Origin: an uncultured delta proteobacterium
GTDB lineage: Bacteria > Desulfobacterota > Binatia > UBA9968
Assembly (NCBI GenBank): GCA_963727625.1
Contig: CAVSHR010000002.1
Coordinates: forward strand, 128,001 to 192,000
Direction of reading: 5' to 3'
Length of the DNA: 64,000 bases
The notes under the pieces were generated by a model, which ran no database searches, was not told where the DNA came from, and worked only from the letters and a program-made list of their open reading frames with translations. The position numbers and the translations under genes are program-made. Within the stretch, counting starts at the first letter, position 1; each line of letters begins with the position of its first letter. Of this stretch, positions 49,756 through 59,939 are shown piece after piece.

Positions 49756-50721
49756 ATGCGAAAAACATTCGGAATCGTCGTCGGTGTTTTGCTGGTAGCG
49801 CTTAACTTTAACGCCCAAGCCGCGCAAAAGGAATTCCAGAAGCTCACCGTCGGCTACACGCCGATCGCCGGCGCGTCGCTGCCGCTGTTCATTGCGGTCG
49901 AAGAAAGAATTTTTCAAAAGTACGGCTACGAAGTCTTTCCGGTGTTCATGGGCGGCTCGCCGCTGATCAACTCGGCGATCCTCGCGGGCGAATTTCCCAT
50001 CGGTTACACCGGCGGCGGCGCGGTCATCGCCAGCCATTTGAGCGGCAGCGACTTGATCGCCATCGCTTCGCCTTTACCGGTGTTGACCATCGACGGCTGG
50101 TCCAAGCCGGAGATCAAATCAATCGGCGATCTGCGCGGCAAAAGAGTCGGCGTCACCCGCTTCGGCGCATCGAGTTATTTCTCGGCGCTGTCGATGTTGG
50201 AAGCGGGCGGAGTGAAGCCCAGTGAGGTGACGTTTATCCAAAATGGCGGCGTGGGCGAGTCTTTCGCGGCACTTACCGGCGGCCGCGTCGATGTCTGCAT
50301 GATCGGGTACCCGTTCGGTCTCAACGCCAAGAACGCCGGATTCAATTTACTCTTCCGGCCCGCGCAGACCGAATATGGGCTTTTTCCTACGGCCGTGATC
50401 GCGGCAAGGGAGTCCTGGCTCAAGGAACCGAAAAATCATAAGACCGCAGTAAATTTCTTGCGCGCGCTGCAGGAAGGGCAGTCGCTCGCCCGCGACAACG
50501 CCGCGGTAACCCGGCGCGCGCTCAGAAAGTTCACGCGCGTTAGCGATGAAGCGCTATTGCAGGGCAGCTTCGAATATTATCGCGAGGCCTTTGCGCCGAC
50601 GCTGAGAGTGGTCGACAAGGCCATGGTCAACGCGCTCAAGTTCGTCGACCATCCCAAGGCCAAGACGGCCGACGTGAAGCAATCCTACGACAACCGCTAC
50701 ATCGACGAGGCGATGAAATAA
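49756..50721 (+). CDS. ABC substrate-binding protein, NitT/TauT family
   Basis: Signal peptide; LFIAVEERIFQKYG; DLRGKRVGVTRFG. Confidence 0.85.
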   Translation: MRKTFGIVVGVLLVALNFNAQAAQKEFQKLTVGYTPIAGASLPLFIAVEERIFQKYGYEVFPVFMGGSPLINSAILAGEFPIGYTGGGAVIASHLSGSDLIAIASPLPVLTIDGWSKPEIKSIGDLRGKRVGVTRFGASSYFSALSMLEAGGVKPSEVTFIQNGGVGESFAALTGGRVDVCMIGYPFGLNAKNAGFNLLFRPAQTEYGLFPTAVIAARESWLKEPKNHKTAVNFLRALQEGQSLARDNAAVTRRALRKFTRVSDEALLQGSFEYYREAFAPTLRVVDKAMVNALKFVDHPKAKTADVKQSYDNRYIDEAMK

Positions 50722-50950
50722 TTTTCGTCTTTACTTCGGTGGCCCGGCGCGGCGCCATATCGCTTCCCCGGCTCGTCGGCGCGCCGATTCAATGGCGGTT
50801 CTAAATCGAATCCATCGGCGATTGAAAGTCGCGGCAGACTTCTTCAGCCATTCTCTTGACCGAAGTTCGGCGGATCTTTAGTATCTTTCAGCACCACAAT
50901 TTCACGACGGGTAGGTGCCGGAGAATTCTACTTTCAAACAGGAGATGTCT

Positions 50951-51934
50951 ATGGCGATGCGATGTTCAAGGGTGCTGGCTTTGTTGGCGCTACTCTGTTG
51001 GATGCCCGGTGGCGCGCAGGCGGCTGACAAACTGGTCGCTGACTACGGCGGCCATGCCGGATTTCAGAGCGCCATATGGGTGGCTAAAGATCTGAAGATC
51101 TTCGACAAGAATAGGCTCGACGTCGAAGTAGTCATGATCACCGGCAGCGCCCGCTCGGTGGCGGCGCTGATCGGCGGCAGCACCCAGTTCGCCACGGGTT
51201 CGGCGACCGGACCGCTCGCGGCGGCGATAAAAGGCTCGGACATCAGAATACTCGCCGCTTCCTACAACAAGTTTCCTTACGCGTTCGTGGTCAAGCCCGA
51301 CATCCGCACGCCGAGGGATCTGCGCGGCAAAAAAGTCAATATTCTCAATTACGGCGGTTCCAATGACCTGGCGCTGCAATTGGCGCTAAAAGAATGGGGC
51401 ATGAAACTTTCCGACCTACAAGTCATCGTCGGCGGCGATGCGCCGACCCGCTTGGGTTCGCTTATGGCGGGCCGCACCGACGCGACGATTCTTTCGCCAC
51501 CACACCTGACCATCGCGGTCAAAGCCGGCTACCGAGTGTTGGCCGATATGGGCGACATGAGCGCCAATTTCGCCCAGTCGACGTTGAACGTGAAGGGAAG
51601 TTTTCTCAAGGAAAATCGGGACGTCGTGAAGCGGTTTCTGCGCTCCTACAGCGAGGCGATTCACGTCATCAAGACGCAGCGCGATAAGTCCATGAAGATT
51701 TTTGCCAAGCGCATGCGCATCGATGATCCGGAAACAGTCAGAAGCACCTACGACTATTTTGCGCCGCGGTTTTCCTTTCCGCCGTGGGTGGACATGGCCG
51801 GCGTGCGCGACACTTTGAATTTTTATGCCGAGCAAAACCCGGATTTCAAGAACCACCGCGCCGAGGAATTCGTCGATCAGTCGCTCATGGATGAGTTGCA
51901 AAAGGAAGGGTTCTTCAAGAAGCTAGGATCTTAG
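50951..51934 (+). CDS. ABC substrate-binding protein, NitT/TauT family
   Basis: IWVAKDLKIFDKNRLDV; DLRGKKV; FVDQSLMDEL. Confidence 0.85.
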   Translation: MAMRCSRVLALLALLCWMPGGAQAADKLVADYGGHAGFQSAIWVAKDLKIFDKNRLDVEVVMITGSARSVAALIGGSTQFATGSATGPLAAAIKGSDIRILAASYNKFPYAFVVKPDIRTPRDLRGKKVNILNYGGSNDLALQLALKEWGMKLSDLQVIVGGDAPTRLGSLMAGRTDATILSPPHLTIAVKAGYRVLADMGDMSANFAQSTLNVKGSFLKENRDVVKRFLRSYSEAIHVIKTQRDKSMKIFAKRMRIDDPETVRSTYDYFAPRFSFPPWVDMAGVRDTLNFYAEQNPDFKNHRAEEFVDQSLMDELQKEGFFKKLGS

Positions 51935-52065
51935 CCCCTGTTCGTGGCTGGCGTTTGAAAAGCGGCGCGAAGTCCCAACACGCTCACGAACACGAGCGCG
52001 GTGGCCCTAGCGGAACTTCAACAAAAATCCCAAGCGTCGGACCATCTTCGCGCTCTTTTATCTGC

Positions 52066-54345
52066 TTATTTAGTCACAGCCGGTTTCAGTTTATCCACGT
52101 CGATACGGGTATCCCATAGCACGGCGTCGCCGCCTAGCGACGGACTGAACATATCGACCTGCAGCTGGGTGGCGCAACCCGGGCAAGCGTAAATATGATA
52201 CTCGCCGATATAGGGCTCGCCGGAGGGCAATGGCGGCATGAGCTCGCTCAGATGCATGACCCGATGGAGCGCGTGGTACTTGTAGTTCTTGTCGGCATCG
52301 CAGAAGAGATGGCCGCAACGGGCGCATCGGATGCTTTTGCGTTTGCCGTCGGTGGCGAGCTCGAGCGCGGCGTGAAACTTGAGCAGTTGACGCCAACCGT
52401 TTTCCGGTTGGGCGGAAACGCCTTCGGTGTCGGCGGATAGCGCTTTGCCGCGCTGCTTGCGATCGTCGCGGATTTCCTGGCGGCGTCTTTCCGTCGCCGT
52501 TTGATCAATGGCTTTGCTGTCGCCGGTCAAAACAACTCCATAAATTTTTTCGGCGATCTCGCGGCTGACCCAACCGCGGCCAAAATCTTTCCGCACCGCC
52601 TGCGGGTCGCGATCGATGGGATCACCGAAGCCGCCGCCGCCGGCAACGTAGTCGACCAACAGGCTGCCTTCAGGCAGCGGAATGCGCTCTGGCACGCCTG
52701 CCGGTAAAAAAGAGTTGCCCCACTCGCCCGCGCGCATCGCCGCGGCGGTCGGCTGCGCGCCGGCTTTGACTTTGTCGAGCATATCCAAGCCCGCTTCTAT
52801 CATTACGCGTGTAGCGCCGACACCGGTGGGAAAACCGCCGGCAAGACCGAAGCCGCCTTGAGCGACGCCGCCGTAGGGCTTGTAGTCGACGCTGCAGTCC
52901 TGGGATCCATAGATGAGATAAACCCGATGGCTGCCCAGTCCGCCGCGGTACTGGCCGAAACCGCTGCCGTCGGGATTATTCGAGCGGGTGAAATAAAGAA
53001 ACGGATACTGCATCTCGATACGCTCGACGTCGGTAATCCCGGCGGAGGGAATATTCATGTGACCGCCGGTGTCGACGCCGTCGCGTCGCGGCGTGGCGCC
53101 CATGCCGGCGCCGTGAATATCGTAGAGTCCCTGGGCCACGGCGATGCCCTCCCGGGTATGGCCGCCGTAGAAATAGCCGGGGCCGCCGACAAATTCCAGA
53201 TTTCCCGTGGTCGACGCGTTGACGTCGTCGTAGCGACCGGAGGCGTAGATCATTTTCGCCACGGCTTCGCAGACCGTCGAGACCAGCACGTTGCCGATGC
53301 GCGGTCCGGCGCCGCAGGCGGCGGGATACTTGCAATTAAGAAGGCTCCCCTCGGGAACGTTAATTTTTACCGGGCGCATCTTGCCGTCGCTCCAGGGCAC
53401 GTCCCAAAAAAGCGTATTCGTTAGCGCCAGCGCAAGATGCGCGACCGTGCTCGGCAAGGTCGAATTATGATCGGTGTCGGTCTGCGGGCTGGTTCCGGTG
53501 AAATCGAATGCCAGCTCGTCGCGCTTCTTCGTCATCGTGCAGTAGAGCTGCTGTGCCACCGACTTTCGGGTTTTTCGGTCCAGGGTGGTAACGTACTGGC
53601 GCGTCACCCAGGTCCCGTCCGGCATGGAGCGAAGTTTCGCGCGCGACTTGGCCTCGCTGTCTTCGATCATTTTCTCGCCCGCTTGCTGGACGAATTTGAG
53701 GCCGAATTTTTCCACCAAGCCGAGATAGCGCTTGGCGCAGATGTTGTTGCCGGCGATCATCGCCTTCACATCGAGGCCGACGTACTGCGGATCGCGGCAC
53801 ATGCCGGTCAAGGTTTGAAACACGTCTTCGCGAAACTCGTCCTTCTCGACGATTTTCAAGCCCGGAACGCAGATCCCTTCGTGGAAAATTTCTTGCGCCG
53901 CGCCGCGCAACAGGCCGCCGGTGTCCGCGGTGTGCGTGCTGGTGGCGGTCCAGGCGATCGATTCGCCGCGATAAAAGATCGGCTTGACGATCATCATGTC
54001 GTAGGTGTGCGAGCCGGCGACGTAAGGATCGTTGAAGAAAAACTGATCGCCGTCGAAAAAGCCTGGCGACGTTTCAAACCGCCGCATCAGGTTGCGGATC
54101 GCGTCCGAGGTTGCCGCGGCAAAACGGAGATGGCCGGAGCAGGCGAGCACCATGGTGCCCTGCTCGTCGTAAAAGGAGCTCATGCACTCGCCTCCCTGGG
54201 AGACGATCGGCGAGGCCGTGACGCGCTGCAGCGTCATGCGGCCTTCTTCGCCGATGGCCCATAGACGGTGCAGAAACATTTCGTAGCGGATCGGATCGAT
54301 GGCGGAATTTCGCTTCCTCATGGGCCTGTCCTCCACTCCCATCAT
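52066..54345 (-). CDS. Hydantoinase B/oxoprolinase (acetone carboxylase alpha-like) with C-terminal gamma-subunit-like Zn domain
   Basis: FFNDPYVAGSHTYD, HTADTGG, EIFHEG, GGGGFGDP; tail RCARCGH...YACPGCATQLQVD. Confidence 0.85.
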   Translation of the reverse strand: MMGVEDRPMRKRNSAIDPIRYEMFLHRLWAIGEEGRMTLQRVTASPIVSQGGECMSSFYDEQGTMVLACSGHLRFAAATSDAIRNLMRRFETSPGFFDGDQFFFNDPYVAGSHTYDMMIVKPIFYRGESIAWTATSTHTADTGGLLRGAAQEIFHEGICVPGLKIVEKDEFREDVFQTLTGMCRDPQYVGLDVKAMIAGNNICAKRYLGLVEKFGLKFVQQAGEKMIEDSEAKSRAKLRSMPDGTWVTRQYVTTLDRKTRKSVAQQLYCTMTKKRDELAFDFTGTSPQTDTDHNSTLPSTVAHLALALTNTLFWDVPWSDGKMRPVKINVPEGSLLNCKYPAACGAGPRIGNVLVSTVCEAVAKMIYASGRYDDVNASTTGNLEFVGGPGYFYGGHTREGIAVAQGLYDIHGAGMGATPRRDGVDTGGHMNIPSAGITDVERIEMQYPFLYFTRSNNPDGSGFGQYRGGLGSHRVYLIYGSQDCSVDYKPYGGVAQGGFGLAGGFPTGVGATRVMIEAGLDMLDKVKAGAQPTAAAMRAGEWGNSFLPAGVPERIPLPEGSLLVDYVAGGGGFGDPIDRDPQAVRKDFGRGWVSREIAEKIYGVVLTGDSKAIDQTATERRRQEIRDDRKQRGKALSADTEGVSAQPENGWRQLLKFHAALELATDGKRKSIRCARCGHLFCDADKNYKYHALHRVMHLSELMPPLPSGEPYIGEYHIYACPGCATQLQVDMFSPSLGGDAVLWDTRIDVDKLKPAVTK

Positions 54346-56456
54346 AACGGCACGGCCATGACCAAATTCAAATACGGGTCGACCGTCACTTTATGCTCCG
54401 GCGGCACCAGCGCGGTGGTGAACGGCAGCTCGATGATCGCCGGCCCGCGGACCACCGCGCCGACCGACAGTCGATTGTAATCATAGACCGCGGTGTCAAT
54501 GAATTTGCGCTCGGGCCGGGTGAAAAATACCCGCCGTTTGCCTTTGAGCGCGCCGCGCGCGCTGCCGCCGCTCTTGCGCCTGGCGGTCAATTTTGGTTTG
54601 GCGACTTTACCGACCGCATCGACGCGGATCTCGCTGATCTCGATGCCCGCTTTGGCGTAGCCGGCGCCGACGCCGTAAAGCTCCTGGTATTTTTTCTCGA
54701 AGGCCGATTGCATCTCGGCGAGCCGTTTAGCCTGGAGCCGATCCCAACCGACTGCCATTTCGACGCCGGCGCTCTGCCGGCGGTAACGCATGGTAAAGAA
54801 GCGACGAAATTCGATCTGCCTGGCTTTGAAGCCCTCGTCGGACAGGGCGCCGGTCATTTCCTCCTCGACGGTTTTGAGCCGTTGGTTGATCACTCCGGGA
54901 TCGGCGGGCAGCACGTACTGGCAGCTCATCACGCGGGTGCGAATGACGTCGGCCGCAGCCGCGCCAAAAGCGGAGAAGACCGGTGAAGTGGCGAAAATGT
55001 AAATCTGCCGGATGCCCAACTCGGCCGCGAAGCCCGAGGCATGCACCGGCCCGGCGCCGCCGAAGGCGTAGATGACGAATTCTTCCGGCAAATAACCGGT
55101 GCGCACCACCTGACGGCGGATCAAGTCCGACATCTTGGCGTTGACAATGTCGTGCACGCCGGCCGCGGCTTCGTGGGTTTTGAGCTTGAGCGGCCTGGCG
55201 ATGGTGTCGTCGATGGCGCGCAACGCTTTGTTCTTATTCAAACTCTTGCGTCCGCCGAGAAAGAAGTTCGGATCGATGATTCCGAGAGCCAAGTCGCAGT
55301 CGGTCACGGTCACTTGCTCGCCGCCGCCGTCGTAGCAAACCGGGCCGGGGCTGGCGCCGGCGCTGCGCGGCCCGACCAGCAATCGGCCGGTCTCGGCTTC
55401 CACTTGCGCGATGGTGCCGCCGCCGGCACCGATGGATTCGATGTCGATGATCGGCTGGAGCATGCGAAATCGCTCGACGATCGGTTCCTGGGCGTAGCGC
55501 CAATAACCATCGGTGATCAGGCCGACGTCGAAGCTGGTGCCGCCCATGTCGGTGGTGATGACGTTCTTATGTTTCAATAAGCCGGCCACGTGAGCCGATG
55601 CGATCATGCCGCCGGCCGGGCCGGATTGCAGATTGGCGATGGCGCTGACATGTTCGCGGTGCGCCACGCCGCCATTGCCTTGCATGATCAAGAGCGGGCC
55701 TTTGAGCCCGCCGCTTTGCAGTTTGCTCTCGAGCCCTTTCAAATAGCGCTCCACCGTCGGACCCAGGTAGCTGTTCAGAATCGCCGTGTTGGCCCGAGCG
55801 TATTCGCCGGCCACCTGCGACAGGGAGCTGGCGAAGGACCAGAAGATTTTTCGGTGCGGGTCGGCTTCGGCAGTAAGCGCGCGAATCTCTTCTTCATGGC
55901 GCGGGTTGGCCCAGGCGTGCATCAAGCTGACGGCGATGGCCTCGACTTTGTCCTCTTCCATCAACCGCCGAATCGCTTGCATGACATCGTCCCAATTGAG
56001 CGGCACGATCTCATTGCCCTGATAATCCATGCGCTCGCGGACGCCGATGACCCGTTCGCGGGGAACGAAAGGCTCCGGCTTGGTAATCCAGGTGACATGT
56101 TTGAGCTCGTCTCCGGAAAGGCCATCGACGCGGCCGATGGCGCGCATGATCTCTGTGGTATCTTCGAAGCCTTTCGTGGTGATCAGGCCGACCTTGCAGC
56201 CGTTGTGCGTGATCAAGGCGTTGGTTGCCACCGTGCTGCCGTGTTTGAACAGGGTGGTATCACCGAGCAATTCGCCGGTGTCGACGCCGACCGCGCGCGC
56301 GGCCTGCGCCACCGCATCCATCACGCCGCGGGAGAAATCGTCGGGTGTGGTCGAGGCCTTAGCCGTCCAGACTTTACCGTGATCGCTAAGGACGACAACG
56401 TCGGTAAAAGTGCCGCCGGTGTCGACGCCGATGATGTAGTGCGCTTTCGGTGCCAT
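54342..56456 (-). CDS. Hydantoinase A/oxoprolinase (acetone carboxylase beta-like) ATP-binding subunit
   Basis: GVDTGGTFTD, HGSTVATNA, SGPAGG, DMGGTSFD, AFGGAGP. Confidence 0.9.
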   Translation of the reverse strand: MAPKAHYIIGVDTGGTFTDVVVLSDHGKVWTAKASTTPDDFSRGVMDAVAQAARAVGVDTGELLGDTTLFKHGSTVATNALITHNGCKVGLITTKGFEDTTEIMRAIGRVDGLSGDELKHVTWITKPEPFVPRERVIGVRERMDYQGNEIVPLNWDDVMQAIRRLMEEDKVEAIAVSLMHAWANPRHEEEIRALTAEADPHRKIFWSFASSLSQVAGEYARANTAILNSYLGPTVERYLKGLESKLQSGGLKGPLLIMQGNGGVAHREHVSAIANLQSGPAGGMIASAHVAGLLKHKNVITTDMGGTSFDVGLITDGYWRYAQEPIVERFRMLQPIIDIESIGAGGGTIAQVEAETGRLLVGPRSAGASPGPVCYDGGGEQVTVTDCDLALGIIDPNFFLGGRKSLNKNKALRAIDDTIARPLKLKTHEAAAGVHDIVNAKMSDLIRRQVVRTGYLPEEFVIYAFGGAGPVHASGFAAELGIRQIYIFATSPVFSAFGAAAADVIRTRVMSCQYVLPADPGVINQRLKTVEEEMTGALSDEGFKARQIEFRRFFTMRYRRQSAGVEMAVGWDRLQAKRLAEMQSAFEKKYQELYGVGAGYAKAGIEISEIRVDAVGKVAKPKLTARRKSGGSARGALKGKRRVFFTRPERKFIDTAVYDYNRLSVGAVVRGPAIIELPFTTALVPPEHKVTVDPYLNLVMAVPL

Positions 56457-56660
56457 GAAATCCCCATTCTCTGGATGGTCTGCAGGCAGGAATATGAGAG
56501 CCGAGTTTGGATGTCAAGACGATGTTTCTCGGACGGCGCGATACGAGCGGCGTGAAGCGGCAGATGGGTCAGTCACAATTACTTTAGTGAATAAAAATAT
56601 AGCATCCCGCGGCTCGAATGCCTTAGGCTCAGGATGGCCGAATCAAGCGGCGAATTTGAA

Positions 56661-56695
56661 GGCCAAGGGCCACGATAAGATCGTGGCCCTTGGCC
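56661..56695. terminator. Perfect 16-bp-stem hairpin downstream of LLM gene
   Basis: GGCCAAGGGCCACGAT-aag-ATCGTGGCCCTTGGCC; weak U-tract. Confidence 0.55.
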
Positions 56696-56727
56696 GGTCT
56701 GAATGTTTAGTTTCGGGTAAGAAAAAT

Positions 56728-57861
56728 TTACCGCAATCTCGGCATAATCTCGTTTTTGAAGAGATCGAGCGAGTTTACGACTTTTTCGTGGGCCAGGTTG
56801 CCGATGTGGAACATGCCCATGAAATGATCGGCGCCGACTTGATTCATCTGAGATTGAATTTGCTTGGCGACGTTGTCGGGATTTCCGGCGATCAAGTAGC
56901 CGCTGTTGATCAAGCCGTCGTAATCCATCTTGGAGAAATCGCGGCGCTCGCGGTTGCCCTCGCGGAAATAGCTGAAGGAGCGCTCCGACGTAAGTGCTGC
57001 GGTCAGTTGGCGGTCGGCAGCGCTTTTATTGATCGCTTCGTTGAAGCCGCGGTTAAACACGGTGAAAAAATAGGCCATCGCCGCGGCCACGTTGTCGCGG
57101 GCCTTCTGGTCCGAGTCGTCGACGTAGATATGGCGGCAAAGAATGAACTGCTCCGGCTTCGCCTCCCAACCATCCTCCCGGGCTTTGGAGCGGTAGTAGT
57201 TGAAAGTGTCTTCGATCTGTCCGGTGGTCTGGTAGACCTGGGCGCATGGCAAATGCCGCTTGACGCACCATTCAATCGATTCGGCGCTGCGCGCGGCGAT
57301 CCAGATCGGCGGATGGGGTTGTTGCAGCGGGCGCGGCCAGATGGCGCAATCCTTGAGCTTGAAAAATTCTCCCTCGAAGCTCCACACCGGCTCGGTCCAG
57401 GCGGTCATGATCAGGTCGAAGGCTTCCTGGAATCGGCCGCGCGACTCCGAGGGGTTGACGCCGTACCAAATATATTCCGGCGGGATGCCGCGCACGAAGC
57501 CGGCGATGAGCCGGCCGTTGCTCAAACAATCGATCATCGCGTACTCTTCGGCGACCCGCACCGGGTGATTGCGCAGCGGTAAGATGTTGCCGAGCACGCC
57601 GATCTTGATCTTCTTGGTTTTCTGGCTCAGCGCGGAAGCGATTAAATTGGGCGAAGGCATGGTGCCGTAGGCGCTGTAGTGGTGTTCGTTGAAGACCACG
57701 CCGTCGAAGCCGAGCTCTTCGCAGTAGGCCATTTCTTCCAGGTGCTCCGCGTAGTTAGCCGCGCCCTTTTGCGGGTCGAAGAAGCTGCTCGGCACCGGCG
57801 TGCGCGGCGCGTCTTTCGGCACATGGGGATAGGCGAGAAGATCAAAATTATACAACTTCAC
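56728..57861 (-). CDS. LLM class flavin-dependent oxidoreductase (luciferase-like)
   Basis: EELGFDGVVFNEHH, PSPNL, HPVRVAEEYAMID, PRPLQQPHPPIW; GTG start. Confidence 0.9.
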   Translation of the reverse strand: MKLYNFDLLAYPHVPKDAPRTPVPSSFFDPQKGAANYAEHLEEMAYCEELGFDGVVFNEHHYSAYGTMPSPNLIASALSQKTKKIKIGVLGNILPLRNHPVRVAEEYAMIDCLSNGRLIAGFVRGIPPEYIWYGVNPSESRGRFQEAFDLIMTAWTEPVWSFEGEFFKLKDCAIWPRPLQQPHPPIWIAARSAESIEWCVKRHLPCAQVYQTTGQIEDTFNYYRSKAREDGWEAKPEQFILCRHIYVDDSDQKARDNVAAAMAYFFTVFNRGFNEAINKSAADRQLTAALTSERSFSYFREGNRERRDFSKMDYDGLINSGYLIAGNPDNVAKQIQSQMNQVGADHFMGMFHIGNLAHEKVVNSLDLFKNEIMPRLR

Positions 57862-58196
57862 GGAATGTTGGCTCCTTAGTGCGACCTTCGCGGGATGCTA
57901 ACATTCGCCTACAGTTGGGTCAAACCACCTTTGAAAATTGCCTCGTTCCAATCGTTCCAAAGGTTCAAGCCGTTCAAATCGTATTCGAACAATTTCCGAT
58001 ATTGAGCCCGGCACCCAGCCCGGCGATGATAACGACCGGCACGAACATCGCCGCCATCTGAAAACGCTGCGCCGCCGCCGGGCGGAACTGTCAGGCAACG
58101 CGCGGCGCTTCGCGCTTTACCGATGACAGATTCCAAAGGGTGGGAGGAAATCGGACATCTGTAATTTGGAATTTGCAATTCGGCGTGTTGTGCCGA

Positions 58197-58994
58197 CTAC
58201 TCCCAGCGTTTCATCTGGGTAAAATCGTAATTGACCGAGCTGTTGGCCTCGAAGCGCCAGGTGGCGCGGTCTTTTTTCCACTCGCCGGCGAAGACCGATT
58301 GGAGGAACGATGTAATCTGATTCCACGCGGCATCGCTCTGCGGCGCGCGATAACGTCCGGCCATGGTGTCATTCAAAAAACCGTGGGGCGCATCAGGATA
58401 GACGCGGATGCCGAAGCTTTTCTTGGCGGCAGCCAGGACGGTCAGCATGCGCACGATGTTATCAATGGGGATGAGATTATCGAGCTCGCCGAAGACCGCC
58501 GTGAGCGGACATTGCATTTTCTGCAGCAGTGTTTCGATAGACTCTGGGCGCATGGGATGGGACTTCCAATCGGCGTCGTAAACCGCGCCGTAGAACACCA
58601 CGGCGGCCGAAAGGTAATCGCGTTCGGCGGCCACCAGAATCGGTTGGCGCCCGGTTTGGCACACTCCTGACATGGCGACCTTGGTCATGTCGGCCTGTAG
58701 CACCGTGCGTAAATAAGCCATAACCGCGTCGGTGTCCGCCAAAACAAGCTCGTCCTCGAGCTCGCAGCGGTCATTGCCGTCGGCCAGCGCTTTGCGGTCG
58801 CCGGTGAAGCGGGAAAAGTAGTCGGGAACGATAGTCACGTAGCCGGCTTTGACGTACTTCTCGCCCAAATCCAGAGTGTGCTGCACGATACCGTAGCGCT
58901 CGTGCATTTGAACGATCACCGGGCGTTTGCCGATCCCTTCCGGGATGCCGAGGTGCGCGTTAATCCGATTGTCGATCTTGAGTGGCGTGAGCAT
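58197..58994 (-). CDS. Dienelactone hydrolase family protein
   Basis: HERYG, nucleophile GVCQTG, VFYG, YPDAPHGF. Confidence 0.85.
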   Translation of the reverse strand: MLTPLKIDNRINAHLGIPEGIGKRPVIVQMHERYGIVQHTLDLGEKYVKAGYVTIVPDYFSRFTGDRKALADGNDRCELEDELVLADTDAVMAYLRTVLQADMTKVAMSGVCQTGRQPILVAAERDYLSAAVVFYGAVYDADWKSHPMRPESIETLLQKMQCPLTAVFGELDNLIPIDNIVRMLTVLAAAKKSFGIRVYPDAPHGFLNDTMAGRYRAPQSDAAWNQITSFLQSVFAGEWKKDRATWRFEANSSVNYDFTQMKRWE

Positions 58995-59040
58995 GATCCG
59001 GATTTCCTTCTTAAGCCTAGAAACCAGTTAGAAACTGTTT

Positions 59041-59832
59041 TTATTTCTCCGGCTCGTATTGCAAGTTATCGCGAATCAGATTCGAGATGCCGCGGGCGAT
59101 GGGCCGGCGAATCTCTTCGCCGACGTGAGCCAAGCCGCCCAGGGCGCGTCCGAGGATGGCGAAGCTTTTGGACATTTGCCAGTGGATGCCCATGTCGAGC
59201 GAGATCGCCGCGATGGCGCCGGTGACGTTCACCGGAAGGTGCTTGCCGACTTTTTGATCGGCGATCTTGCCGATCTTTCTCAAGAGCTCGCAGTAGCGGC
59301 CGTAGACTTTGGTTTCCTGAGCGACTTCGAACAGCCGCTCGGCGCGGGGGTCGCCGCCGGTGTGAATGCCGTGGCCGATGCCGGGGATCAGCTGCTTGTT
59401 GGCCAGCCGTTTCTCCACGGTCTTGAGCGCGACGGCGTCGAGGTCGGTTTCTTTGGAATCCTTGGGCAGGGCGTCATCGAGCATTTTCGCGCAGTGTTCC
59501 GAGGAACCGAGATGGACACTGCCGGCGCCGAGAATCGCGGCGGCCACCGCGCCTTGAATCGCTTCCGGCGCGGAGTGAAACGTCATTCGCGCTGCGGCAG
59601 CGCCGGTGGTCATGCCGTGATCGACCAGGACGATCAGCATGGTGTCGATCATGCGGCCCTGTTCCGGCGTCGGCATGCGCCCTTCGAGCATCAGATAGAC
59701 CATCTGAGCAAAAGTGATTTTGCCGAGCAGATCTTTGTTCAAGTCGTAATTGCGCACGAAGATGCGATCGAGCTCGGCTCTGCCCATCGAGGAAACAAGT
59801 TTCGGTGTGTCAGCCATAATTTTCTCCTTCAA
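59041..59832 (-). CDS. Citryl-CoA lyase / citrate synthase-like protein
   Basis: LVDHG, GSVHLGS, IPGIGH..H..GDPRA, PVNVTGA. Confidence 0.85.
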   Translation of the reverse strand: MKEKIMADTPKLVSSMGRAELDRIFVRNYDLNKDLLGKITFAQMVYLMLEGRMPTPEQGRMIDTMLIVLVDHGMTTGAAAARMTFHSAPEAIQGAVAAAILGAGSVHLGSSEHCAKMLDDALPKDSKETDLDAVALKTVEKRLANKQLIPGIGHGIHTGGDPRAERLFEVAQETKVYGRYCELLRKIGKIADQKVGKHLPVNVTGAIAAISLDMGIHWQMSKSFAILGRALGGLAHVGEEIRRPIARGISNLIRDNLQYEPEK

Positions 59833-59939
59833 ATATATTTTGAATTAAATCGGAGCTCCGACCCTACAAGCGAGAAAGGCAATAGGCAACAGGCAATAGT
59901 CGTGAGCGAAGCTTCGGAAACCGGAACCTTAATTTCAAA

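Noticed and set aside
57990-58140. Possible membrane-protein fragment (MAAMFVPVVIIAGLGAGLNIG, minus strand)
   Set aside because: Too short to assign; could be a remnant but no parent is identifiable
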